Shown here in pieces: positions 45,919 through 56,299 of a DNA stretch of 64,000 nucleotides (positions are counted from its first letter, which is position 1; the number at the start of each line of letters is the position of its first letter). The notes under the pieces were generated by a model. It was not told the DNA's origin. It did not search any database and saw nothing but the letters and a program-made list of their open reading frames with translations. The translations under genes and the position numbers were made by a program. Origin of the DNA: Macrostomum hystrix (lineage: Eukaryota > Animalia > Platyhelminthes); the NCBI GenBank assembly GCA_950097015.1, contig CATNEN010000039.1, positions 4,898,001 through 4,962,000 on the forward strand, given 5' to 3'.

Positions 45919-48900
45919 ATGGCAGCAACCGGCAATCTACATGCGGTAGATTATGTTGTTCTTGTGGCAAACTTCCTGGTAACACTGCTTGTTGGAGTCT
46001 GGGTAAGACTTGCTTCCGCTTCGAGATATGGATTTGCATGTTCATACAGTCATTCAGTGAGCATCTGGTAGACACGGTCATTCAGTATGAGGATCTGGGT
46101 GACACGGTCATTCAGTATGAGGATCTGGGAGACACGGTCATTGAGTGAGCATCTGGTAGACACGGTCATTCAGTATGAGGATCTGGGAGACACGGTCATT
46201 CAGTATGAGGATCTGGGAGACACAGTCATTTCAGTATAAGGATCTGGGAGACACGGTCATTCAGTAAGGATCTGGGTGACACGGTCATTCAGTATGAGGA
46301 TCTGGGAGACACAGTCATTTAGTATGAGGATCTTGTAGAAACGGTCATTCAGTATGAGAATCTGGTAGAAACGGTCATTCAGTATGAGCATCTGGTAGAA
46401 ACGGTCATTCAGTATGAGCATCTTGTAGACACGGTAATTTAGTATGAGGATCTGGGACACACGGTCATTCAGTATGAGGATCTGGGAGACACGGTCATAG
46501 CATATTATTGTCCCTAGTAACACCTAGCAACCGTTGCCACCCGCTTCCCCCAGTCGGCATGGCGCAGCGAGCGCAGCACGACAGTCGGATACTTCCTGGC
46601 CAGCGCCAGCATGACGTGGCCACTGATTGGGTTCTCTATTTTTATGACGAACATCGGCAGCAGCGCAGTCATCGGGCTGTCTGGAGCCGCGGCAGCGGCC
46701 GGAATACCCGTCATCTGCTATGAGCTGTTTGTGAGTCACAGATGAGCACAGCTACTCAAAGCTAGAGTGAAACTATTGCAAGATTAAATTGGAATCAAAT
46801 TAAACCACTGCAGGGCGTGTTCGGCATTCTCATCATGGGCTACCTGTTCATGCCGCTGTTCTATGAGGCGCAGGTGTACACGAATGGCGAATACTTGCAG
46901 AAACGATTCGGCAGATCCAGGCTGCAGATTTACATATCGGCTCAGACACTTGTGTTCCAGATTCTGCACAAGATACCCGTGAGTTACAGTGCAATTTATT
47001 TGGATCATGAATAGTTTAGACTGTCAGATCGGGATCATGGAGGTGTTAGACTGTCAGATCGGTATCATGGAGGTGTTAGACTGTCAGATCGGTATCATGG
47101 AGGTGTTAGACTGTCAGATCGGTATCATGGAGGTGTTAGACTGTCAGATCGGGATCATGAAGGTGTTAGACTGTCAGATCGGGATCATGAAGGTGTTAGA
47201 CTGTCAGATCGGGATCATGAAGGTGTTAGAATGTCAGATCGGGATCATGAAGGTGTTAGACTGTCAGATCGGGATCATGAAGGTGTTAGACTGTCAGATC
47301 GGGATCATGAAGGTATTAGACTGTTATATTTGGATCATGAGGTGTTAGACTGTCAGATCGGGATCATGAATGTGTTAGATTGTTAGATCTGGATCATGAA
47401 GGTGTTAGACCGTTAGATTTGGATCATGAAGGTGTTAGACTGTTAGATCTGGATCATGAAGGTGTTAGACTGTTAGATTGGGATCAAGAATGATCTTAAC
47501 TGAAATTTCCCCATCGTCAGTCGGAGATCTACGCTGGCGGCCTCATAGCTGAGTCCATTCTCAACTGGAACCGCTTTGTCGGCATCGCCATCGTGCTGGT
47601 CATGACCGCCGCCGTCACTATCTTCGGCGGCCTCAAGACGGTGCTGGTGACAGACTTCTACCAGGGCATCATCATGGTGGTGGGTGGAGCAATCCTCGCC
47701 GGCATCGCCTACAGCCATTATCCCAGCCTGGAGCTGCTCAAGGTGTCTTACATGGAAGCCGTGGTGGCCAATCGTGGCGCGCTGGCCAACAGCACCTGCG
47801 GCGATCCCAGTCCGTGGGCGTTCCACATTGTCCGGCCAATCAGCGATCCGGATTATCCGTGGCTGGGAACATTGGGCGGCATTTTGATCATCTGCGTCTG
47901 GTACTTCTGCGGCAATCAGGACCTGCTGCAGCGCTGCTTCTCGGGCAAGAACCTGTACCAGGTAAGACCAGGTGTTGGCCATAGGAATTTCTGGGAAATT
48001 TGGATTTCTTTGAAACTTGGATTTTTTTAAATTGACATCTCTTAGAAACTAGAATTTATGATTTCCCTAAAACTAGGATTTAAATAAAATAAAAATCTCT
48101 GTGCGGTTGGGATTTCTGTAAAAAAACGAGACGACGATGTCTGTGAAATTTGTAAATTTGTGAAATTAGGATTTTTCATTTTATAGAAATCTGAAATTCG
48201 GGATTTTCGAAACAAAATGTAAATTGAATCGTAGTTTCTGTGCTGTGAACGAGCAGGGAATTGGTTTGATAGAGGAACTCAAAGACGACTAAATTGCTAA
48301 AATGAAATAAACTTTTCCCAGATAAAAGCTGGCTGCGTCCTTGCCAGCTTCCTGAAGTTGACGCCGACGTTTTTGTTCCTTCTACCCGGCCTAATCTCCC
48401 GCGTGGACTTCACCGAGGAGGTGGCCTGCGTTGATCCCGACACCTGCGACGCCTACTGCCACAACAAGGGTGGCTGCTCCAACCTGGCTTACATTGTCCT
48501 GGTGCGAGAGTACGCGCCAGTCTGTGAGTTCCACAGCTGATTCTTCTGTGGCATGGACTATTATAGGTTCAGAAACTGGCTTCAAGTCAGGTCTGTAGGA
48601 GTGAGGTTGGTGTATTGTAAATATTAATGATTAGGTGGTTGTATAGGAATGAAGAGTGAGGTGGGTGTTTAGGAGTGAGGTAGTTTTATAGGACTGAGGT
48701 TGAGTGTGGAGTGAGATGGCCGTATAGTAGTGAGGTGGGTGTGTTGGAGTGATGTGGGTTTACGTGTGTGAGGTGGTTTTATAGGAGTGAGGTGGTTGTT
48801 TAGGAATGAGGTGGGTGTTTAGGAGTGAGGTGGTTGTTTAGGAATGAGGTGGGTGTTTAGGAGTGAGGTGGTTGTTTAGGAATGAGGTGGGTGTTTAGGA

Positions 48901-51287
48901 GTGAGGTGGTTGTTTAGGAATGAGGTGGGTGTTTAGGAGTGAGGTGGTTGTTTAGGAGTGAAGAGGGTGTTTTGGAGTGAAGTCGTTTTATAGAAGTGAT
49001 GTGGGTTTATAGAAACGAGGTAAGGTGGGTGGGTAAGTTTGCAGGAGTGAGCTGGGTGTATAGGAGTGAGGTGGTTGTTTAGGAGTGAGGTGGGTGTACG
49101 AGTACAGTTTGATACGCGGTTTTTACTTTCAAGACGCAGTTTGTAAAAAGTTTTGTCACACTAGTGGAATCGATGCACATTTTCTCATTGTAAAACATCG
49201 CCCTCAGTCGTCAAAGGCTTGGTGATCGCGGCAATTTTATCGTCGGTGATTTCAACACTGACTTCGATTTTCAACAGCGGCAGCACCATTATCACCAGAG
49301 ATTTGTACGTCAAAGTTAGAAAGAATGCGTCTCAAACTGAGCAGCTCATTGTTGGCAGGTAAAAGAAAATCGTCTTCAGCTTTACATTCGCATATTCGAT
49401 CTTTTTTTGCAAAACTAGAGTTTTTATCCAACTGAGCGAATTTCAAACTTCAGGGTGACCGTGGGCCTGTACACAGTGCTTGGGCTGGCCCTGATTCCCG
49501 CACTGGACTCGGCCGAGGGCGGCCAGATGTTCCACTACCTACAGGCGATCGCATCGTTTATCGCTCCACCGATTCTGGTGCTCTACCTGCTATCAGTGAC
49601 CTGGCCCAGGATTAACGAGAAGGTGAGTCCTGCTTGCGTGGATTCTGAACTGCTGCGCCCTGCGGAGAGATGAGACGGGGAAGAGATGAGATTGGGGAGA
49701 GATGAGACAAAGGAAAGATGAGACAACGGAGAGATAAGACTAGGGATAGATGAAGCAGGGAAGAGATGGGACAGAAGAGAGATGAGACAGGAGAGAGATA
49801 AGACAGGAGAGAGATAATACAGCGTAGAGATGAGACAGGGGAGAGGTGAGACAGGGGAGAGATGAGACAGGGGAGAGGTGAGACAGGGGAGAGATGAGAC
49901 AGGAGAGAGATGACACAAGAGAGAGATGAGACAGGGTAGAGATGGCGCACAGAAGAGATGAGACAGGAGAGAGATAAGACAGGGTAGAGATGAGACAGGA
50001 GAGAGATTAGACAGGGGAGATAAGACAGGGGAGATGAGACAGGGGGAGATAAGACAGGAGGTATGAGACAGGAGGGCGATGAGACAGGGGGAGATGAACC
50101 TTCTGTTCGGGAACTATTCGGACGGTAACTGTAACTGACCGTGGGATGAAATAAAAGGAAGATATGGAAGAAAAAGTCGCGTAAAGTCCACTTGACCTGA
50201 CTAAAACAAACGATTCCCCAAAGGGCGCCTTCTGGGGCAGCATGTTCGGCATGGTCCTGGGCTACGCCCGCCTGATCATCACTTTTGTCCTGCCAGCGCC
50301 ACCCTGCGGTCAGCCGGACAACAGGCCAGCTGTGTTCCGCAACATGCACTACCTGCATTACAATGTGCTATTGTTTGTACTAACTGGCCTTGCCATTGTT
50401 CTGCTGTCGTTTGTGCTGCCTAAAGATGAAAATGAGCAGGTGAACATGGTTAAAACCGCGAGAAAAGGGAAAAAAATTGTCTACTCCAGCCAATAAGCGA
50501 AGAGGAGGGGACGGAAAGAAAACTGGGGTAGGGTAATGTCTGTTCCAGCCAATAAGCGAAGAGGAGGGGACGAAAAGGAAACTGGGGTAGGGTAATGTCT
50601 GCTCCGGCCAATGAGCGAAGGTGACGGAAAGAAAACTGAGGTGGGTAATGAATGATCCAGCGAATGAGCGAAGGTGACGGAAAGAAAACTGAGGTGGGCA
50701 ATGTCTGATCGAGCCAATGAGCGAAGGTGACGGAAAGAAAACTGAGGTGGGTAATGTCTGATCCAGCGAATGAGCGAAGGGGACGGAAAGAAAACTGAGG
50801 TGGGTAATGTCTGATCCAGCCAATGAGCGAAGGGGACGGAAAGAAAATTTCCAGGTGACGACTGCTTCTAGGAGAGGGGTTCGGTCTTATAAGAAACTGG
50901 TCAGGGTTCAGAAGGCCATTCAAAAAGTCAGCTGATTGATAATTCCAACCCAATAATTTTGCCAAACCTGCCTAGCTGGAAGGTCTGACATGGCCCACTC
51001 GTCACCAGCTGCCTCACTACGGCTGGCGCAACTCGACGCTAATTGAGCCGGCAGCGGACGAGAAGAGCTCCATTACATTGGCCACTGTGGTAGCCGGGGC
51101 CACGGTGGAGCTGGCCAGCAGTGCCAGCATTGCCAACAGTGCCACGGCGCTGACAGCGGACGTGAAAGACGCCACGCTAGTGATTGGCTGTCGGCTCGGA
51201 TTCATCGACCGAAATCACTTCCTACTGTTTATTCTAAGCTGCACCTCCTGCCTGGTCTCGTCGATAATATTTTTCTACTTTGTTTAG
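45919..51287 (+). CDS. SLC5 (SGLT/SMIT-like) sodium:solute symporter, about 638 aa. Exons 45919-46002, 46554-46730, 46814-46978, 47521-47961, 48322-48523, 49208-49358, 49454-49622, 50224-50439, 50976-51287
   Basis: Motifs GYFLAS, NIGS, EYLQKRFG, GGLKTVLVTDFYQ, WYFCGNQDLLQR, PGLISRV, STLTSIFNSGST, WPRINEKGAFWG, MHYLHY. 1917 nt in frame. Confidence 0.93.
46058..46498 (+). repeat. Intronic 30-bp minisatellite (gacacggtcattcagtatgaggatctggga)
   Basis: About 15 copies. Confidence 0.92.
47000..47486 (+). repeat. Intronic 30-bp minisatellite (aggtgttagactgtcagatcgggatcatga)
   Basis: About 16 copies. Confidence 0.93.
48595..49100 (+). repeat. Intronic degenerate ~19-bp minisatellite (aggagtgaggtggttgttt)
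   Basis: Tandem copies. Confidence 0.85.
49665..50097 (+). repeat. Intronic degenerate ~16-bp minisatellite (gagatgagacagggga)
   Basis: Tandem copies. Confidence 0.85.
50487..50847 (+). repeat. Intronic ~54-58-bp minisatellite
   Basis: About 6.5 copies of ccaatgagcgaaggtgacggaaagaaaactgaggtgggtaatgtctgatccag. Confidence 0.88.
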
Positions 51288-51551
51288 TACCGCACTACTG
51301 CGCATATTCGGCAAGTAGTATCGAATGGAACAAGTTAATGTTGAATCAACTAAACAAACTAAACAAAAATCTCATTGAAGCTTAAAAAATGTTTTAAAAA
51401 CGTTCTAAACGTTTTCTTTTCATTAGATAGTAACAACTATTATTATTATAGAAAATTATTGGCGGATCTCAAAACATAAAACTCATCTCTCTTTGATTGC
51501 TTACTCCTAATTTAGTGGCTACCTGGACTGTTCTTTGTTATTTTCTTAAGA

Positions 51552-51946
51552 GGCGGCACACATCAAACAACAATGGTTGAGAAATGGCGGCACACATCAA
51601 ACAAGCATTGTGAATTGGCGGCACACATCAAACAACAAGGGTTGAGAAATGGCGGCACACATCAAAGAACAAGTATTAGGAAGGCGGAACACATCAAACA
51701 AGGCTTGTAAATTGGCGGCACACATCAAACAAGGATTGTGAAATGGCGGCACACATCAAACAAGGATTGTGAAATGGCGGCACACATCAAACAAGCATTG
51801 TGAATTTGCGGCACACATCAAACAAGGATTGTGAAATGGCGGCACACATCAAACAAGGATTGTGAATTGGCGGCACACATCAAACAAGAATTGTGAATTG
51901 GCGGCACTCATCAAACAAGGATTGTGAATTGGCGGAACACATCAAA
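51552..51946 (+). repeat. ~31-bp minisatellite (ggcggcacacatcaaacaaggattgtgaaat)
   Basis: About 12 copies. Confidence 0.9.
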
Positions 51947-52385
51947 TAAAAAGGCTTTATAGTGTGAATCAAGGCCGTACAGAGAATTAAAATTTTTGAC
52001 ATGGTTTACAGCAAACAATAAAGCACTGAATGGCTATATTTGAAGCAAATATTGAAGCATAAAAGGCAACCACAAACTGATTAAAGCTGAATTAAAAAGC
52101 CTAAATGGACAACAGTTGAGAGACTGAAATACGAAAAGTAGTCAGAACTTAGTTAATCTCTGACAAATCTCTCAAATCGACAAAAATCGCATGATTGGTC
52201 GATGTAATTTCAGGCCCCATTAACAACCATCGCCTGATTGGTTGGTTTACTGGATGCAAATGTATGGAAATGAAAATGGAATAAAAAACCTCAAGACAAA
52301 AACATAATTTCTAAAGTTAGTTTTCAGAAAAGACTTTGCGAATGAAAAGTAAAAGCAGAAAAGCTAATATAACTTATAGCAATAT

Positions 52386-53186
52386 TTTTGGACATAAGTG
52401 AAGTTTATTTAGTCCTTGGCCGGCTCAGTCCTAGAAAAGTGAGTTTGATTTAGTCAGCACTCGGGGTTTACCGTAGACTATAGTAAAGAAATGATATCGA
52501 TTTAGTCAAGTCCCTCTAAATCTGTCTTTTGTACCTTTTATTAGGTCAAAGTGAATTTTATTTAGTCGTTATAGCCATGAGACGAAAGCTTAAACAAGAA
52601 CAACACAAACCAAAAACTTTATGTCACGACACTTCCCCTTTTCAATTTAATCAACAATGTCTTCCATGTCAATGCAGCGGGTATGTACCGAAGGCTCTCA
52701 CGATGCCAGGCTTCGCAGTGAGGCCGTGTGACAGCTGCCTTACTCGCCTCCAGTTCGCGCTCAAGAATGCGGGCGCGGTGTTCTTGTAGATTGCTGCCAA
52801 GTGCGTTGGCAGCGTTCCTGTCGCCTAGCTGCCGCATGTCATTGAGCGTCATGGTGGGTGTTTCACCAACAAATTCAACGGGGCTGTCGAGCATAGCTTT
52901 AGTTAAAGCTTTTGGCTTATTTCCGCCTCGTCTCAATGCCGGAACGCGTCCACTTTGTTCGTATTTAACGATAACATTTCTGGCAGGCTGACGTGGAATG
53001 TTCAGCTGTCTCGCTAGTTGCTGCCAATCGACATTGCCAATAAAGGCGTCGATGAGTCTTCGCCGGTCCTGCTCAGAGATTATAACTCTGCGAATGCCTA
53101 CAGCTGCCGCCATGATGACTAAATAAAATTCACTTTTCTAGGACTGAGCTGACCAAGGACTAAATAAACTTCACTTATGTCCAAAA
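52386..53186 (-). mobile_element. Internally deleted Tc1/IS630-superfamily DNA transposon with ~70-bp terminal inverted repeats
   Basis: Left TIR about 52386-52456 (ttttggacataagtgaagtttatttagtccttggccggctcagtcctagaaaagtg...) is the inverse of the right TIR about 53116-53186. The TIRs enclose a transposase-derived ORF. Confidence 0.85.
52619..53113 (-). pseudogene. Truncated transposase ORF (164 aa): N-terminal paired-like HTH fused to the transposase C-terminal tail, DDE domain absent
   Basis: ISEQDRRRLIDAF..LARQLNIPRQPARNVIVKY..RRGGNKPKALT..MTLNDM resembles a Tc1/IS630 HTH region. No DDE motifs are present. Confidence 0.75.
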
Positions 53187-53881
53187 TTGTTAAAAGGTAT
53201 AGTTGATGCAAGTTGAGAGCAACTGAGATGTAAGACTGTTAGCTGGCCATACTCTCAAACAAAAAATAAAACACAGAAGAATGTACCGAATGTACAAAAA
53301 TACTATTTAATTGATCAGACAGGTGTTTCAGTTCAGTTAACGAGGCATTTGGGGCAACCTGCATGCAAGAAAAAACACTGGAACTAAAGAAAGAAAAAAC
53401 TTTTTGATTAAAAGTAGATTTCTAAAAGATGAAAATTCACAAAAATAGTTACAATTAGGCGTGATTGTAGCGAATGGTAGGGCTTCAAAATTATTAACGA
53501 GGGAGTCGGTAGTTGTAATCCGATCCCAGGGGAAACAAATATTTCCCCAATTGCTTCAGTTCGCCCGGCTAAACAAACAAGCAACAAACTGAAGTACAAA
53601 CATCAAAAGCGGTGCGAAGTCAAGGCGGAAACTGAAGCCAAGTAGAAAAAAAATCAACTCGATAAAAGACAGAAAAAGCACCACGGCAAAACACTGGATA
53701 GACGCAGAGGTCTTTGTTATCTTTGTGCTTATATTAGCACAAGGCCGCCAATTACTTTTGTAGGGTAACCTTGAAAAACGCACAAATATTTGCTTTAAAA
53801 AGTTTAGGAATAAATACTAAAACACGAAACTTATTATGAATCTAGCAATCTGTTATTTACGGTATTTATAAGGGATAAAGC

Positions 53882-54222
53882 GGGGCGTGGGTGGCAGTGC
53901 GGTTAACGCGTTTGCATCTCGCACCAAGGTCCCTGAGCTCGATTCCGCGGCGAGGCCACTTTGATTTAGGGCGCAGCCGCGGAGAGAAGGCTTGGGGGCT
54001 TGTCGTGCAATTTAGGCCCTTAAGGGCCAACCTCCAAGGCACAGTGAAGTGTACACTGCCTGACGATGAGAAAGTCAGGGCAGATGTACACACCTGTGTG
54101 AGCGTGTGCCTGCGTACAGTATCTGTGCGCGTGTGTGCTCAGGAGTCAGCGAAATGGGCAGAATTGCCTCCTCGCTGGCTGCGGGTCTAGTGTCACCAAT
54201 GATATGCCATCGTTATTATTAT
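53882..54222 (+). mobile_element. tRNA-derived SINE, copy 3
   Basis: A box TGGCAGTGCGG, B box GAGCTCGATTCC, (tta)n tail; body matches copy 2. Confidence 0.88.
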
Positions 54223-54234
54223 GGGAGAGAGCGA

Positions 54235-54531
54235 TAGTTAATAGAATTTAACGGAAGTTATTAGGAATCTAGCGACACTTAATAGAATTTAACGGAACTT
54301 ATTAGGCATCTAGCGACAGTTAATAGAATTTAACGGAACTTATTAGGCATCTAGCGACAGTTAATAGAATTTAACGGAAGTTATTAGGAATCTAGCGACA
54401 GTTAATAGAATTTAACGGAACTTATTAGGCATCTAGCGACACTTAATAGAATTTAACGGAACTTATTAGGCATCTAGCGACAGTCAATAGAATTCAACGG
54501 AAGTTATTAGGAATCTAGCGACAGTTAATAG
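54235..54531 (+). repeat. 41-bp minisatellite (agttaatagaatttaacggaacttattaggcatctagcgac)
   Basis: About 7 copies. Confidence 0.92.
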
Positions 54532-54591
54532 TTGGAAAGTAGCGGAAGTTAATCCGCAGATCTAAGCAAACTAACCAATCCGCATTTCAAA

Positions 54592-56203
54592 TCAATCGCC
54601 TCTGTCAGCAACAGCGTCACTGTCGTTCTCAGCATCGGGAGGCGGAACAGCGGCGGCGGCGGCGGCATCGGCGCGGCCAGAAAACGGTCGCTTAGGCTTA
54701 ACCTTTTCGTACACAAACTTCTGCTGGCTCCAGTCGACATTACCAGCGTCGGTGTCCGTGTCTGAAGCGGCTCGCCTAGCGAAGGCGCGATCGCGGGCGA
54801 AGCGAAACTGGCTTCTGGCGAACTCGTAGAATTCCTGCTCCAGCTGCCAGGCAGAGGTCTTCTTCAGCCGCTCAACTGTGGCCGCTGACGGTGGCACCTT
54901 GTGCGAGGTGCGCCTCAGGTGGGATTTTTCCCGGCTGCGATAGGCCGCCGTCAAGCCGCGGAAGAAGCGCGGCAGGGCCGACTCCAGCAGCAGAAGGAAG
55001 TCGCCGAGCTCTTCCGTGACGCCGACAAGGAAATAGTTGTCAACCAGGTTGCGCTTGGCCTGCTCCAGAGCTTCCCGGTTGCCTGGCAACCAGCAGTGCG
55101 CGTCGTGACCACAGAAGAATGGCACCTGATTCGGGTTGGAAAAGGGTCAATCCGATGCGATCCGTAGAGTGTGTTCTCATTCGAGATCATCAATAGGCAC
55201 GTAAGTTGTAACTCTATCAAAATTCGCAGGGAGCATGTGATTCGAAATAAAATCCCCTAGGGAGCATGTGATTCGAAATAAAATCCCCTAGGGAGCATGT
55301 GATTCGAAATAAAATCCCCTAGGGAGCATGTGATTCGAAATAAAATCCCCTAGGGAGCATGTCCTTCAAAATATAATCCCCTAGGGAGCATGTGATTCGA
55401 AATAAAATCCCCTATGGAGCATGTGATTCCAGCAAAAATCCCTAGGGAGCATGTGATTCCATCAAAAATCCCTATGGAGCATGTGATTCCATCAAAAATC
55501 CCTATGGAGAATGTGAGTCCATCAAAAATCCCTATGGAGCATGTGATTCCATCAAAAATCCCTATGAAGCATGTGATCCCATCAAAAATCCCTATGAAGC
55601 ATGTGATCCCATCAAAAATCCCTATGGAGCATGTGATCCCGTCAAAAATCCCTATGAAGCATGTGATTCCAGCAAAAATCCCTAGGGAGCATGTGATTCC
55701 ATCAAAAATCCCTATGGAGAATGTGATTCCATCAAAAATCCCTATGAAGCATGTGATCCCATCAAAAATCCCTATGAAGCATGTGATCCCATCAAAAATC
55801 CCTATGGAGCATGTGATCCCATCAAAAATCCCTATGAAGCATGTGATTCCAGCAAAAATCCCTAGGGAGCATGTGATTCCATCAAAAATCCCTATGGAGC
55901 ATGTGATTCCATCAAAAATTCCTATGGAGCATGTGAGTCCATAAAAAATCTCAGGAGATTCTACCGCAATAATAAAATCAGCCACTGACCTGCATCCAAA
56001 GACTTCTCTCTGAGCAGTCCTTGTGACCCTGCTCAACGCACTGATCGAAGGTCATCTGCTGGGTGCGCTTGTTTCGCATCCGCTTGCGCACCAGGTGTGG
56101 CCGGTAGTTGTCGCCAAAACGAAGAAAATAGAAATAGGACACGAGGCGCTCGAGGGGATCGCGGACGATGTTAATGTTCAGCGGCTGCAGAGAGGAGCCC
56201 AAT
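54592..56203 (-). CDS. HS2ST1: Heparan sulfate 2-O-sulfotransferase, 3' exons 56203-55990 and 55125-54592; upstream exons lie beyond the window
   Basis: NIVRDPLERLVSYFYFLRFGDNYRP, LWMQVPFFCGH, YFLVGVTEELGDFLLLLESALPRFF, KSHLRRT and YEKVKPK closely follow HS2ST1. Confidence 0.93.
55228..55943 (+). repeat. Intronic 30/31-bp minisatellite (gagcatgtgattccatcaaaaatccctatg)
   Basis: About 24 copies. Confidence 0.94.
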
Positions 56204-56299
56204 CTGCGGGCGGAGAGCGAGGCGTTGCCTGTGTTGGGTCACGTGGCCAAATCAGATGTACAACTATAAGAATTGGAATAAAATTCTATCTGGGGGATA

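Noticed and set aside
54055-54085. Hammerhead ribozyme core (CTGACGA...GAAA) in the SINE
   Set aside because: There is no room for stem II, and the core is not conserved (copy 1 has GATA, copy 2 has CTGACAA).
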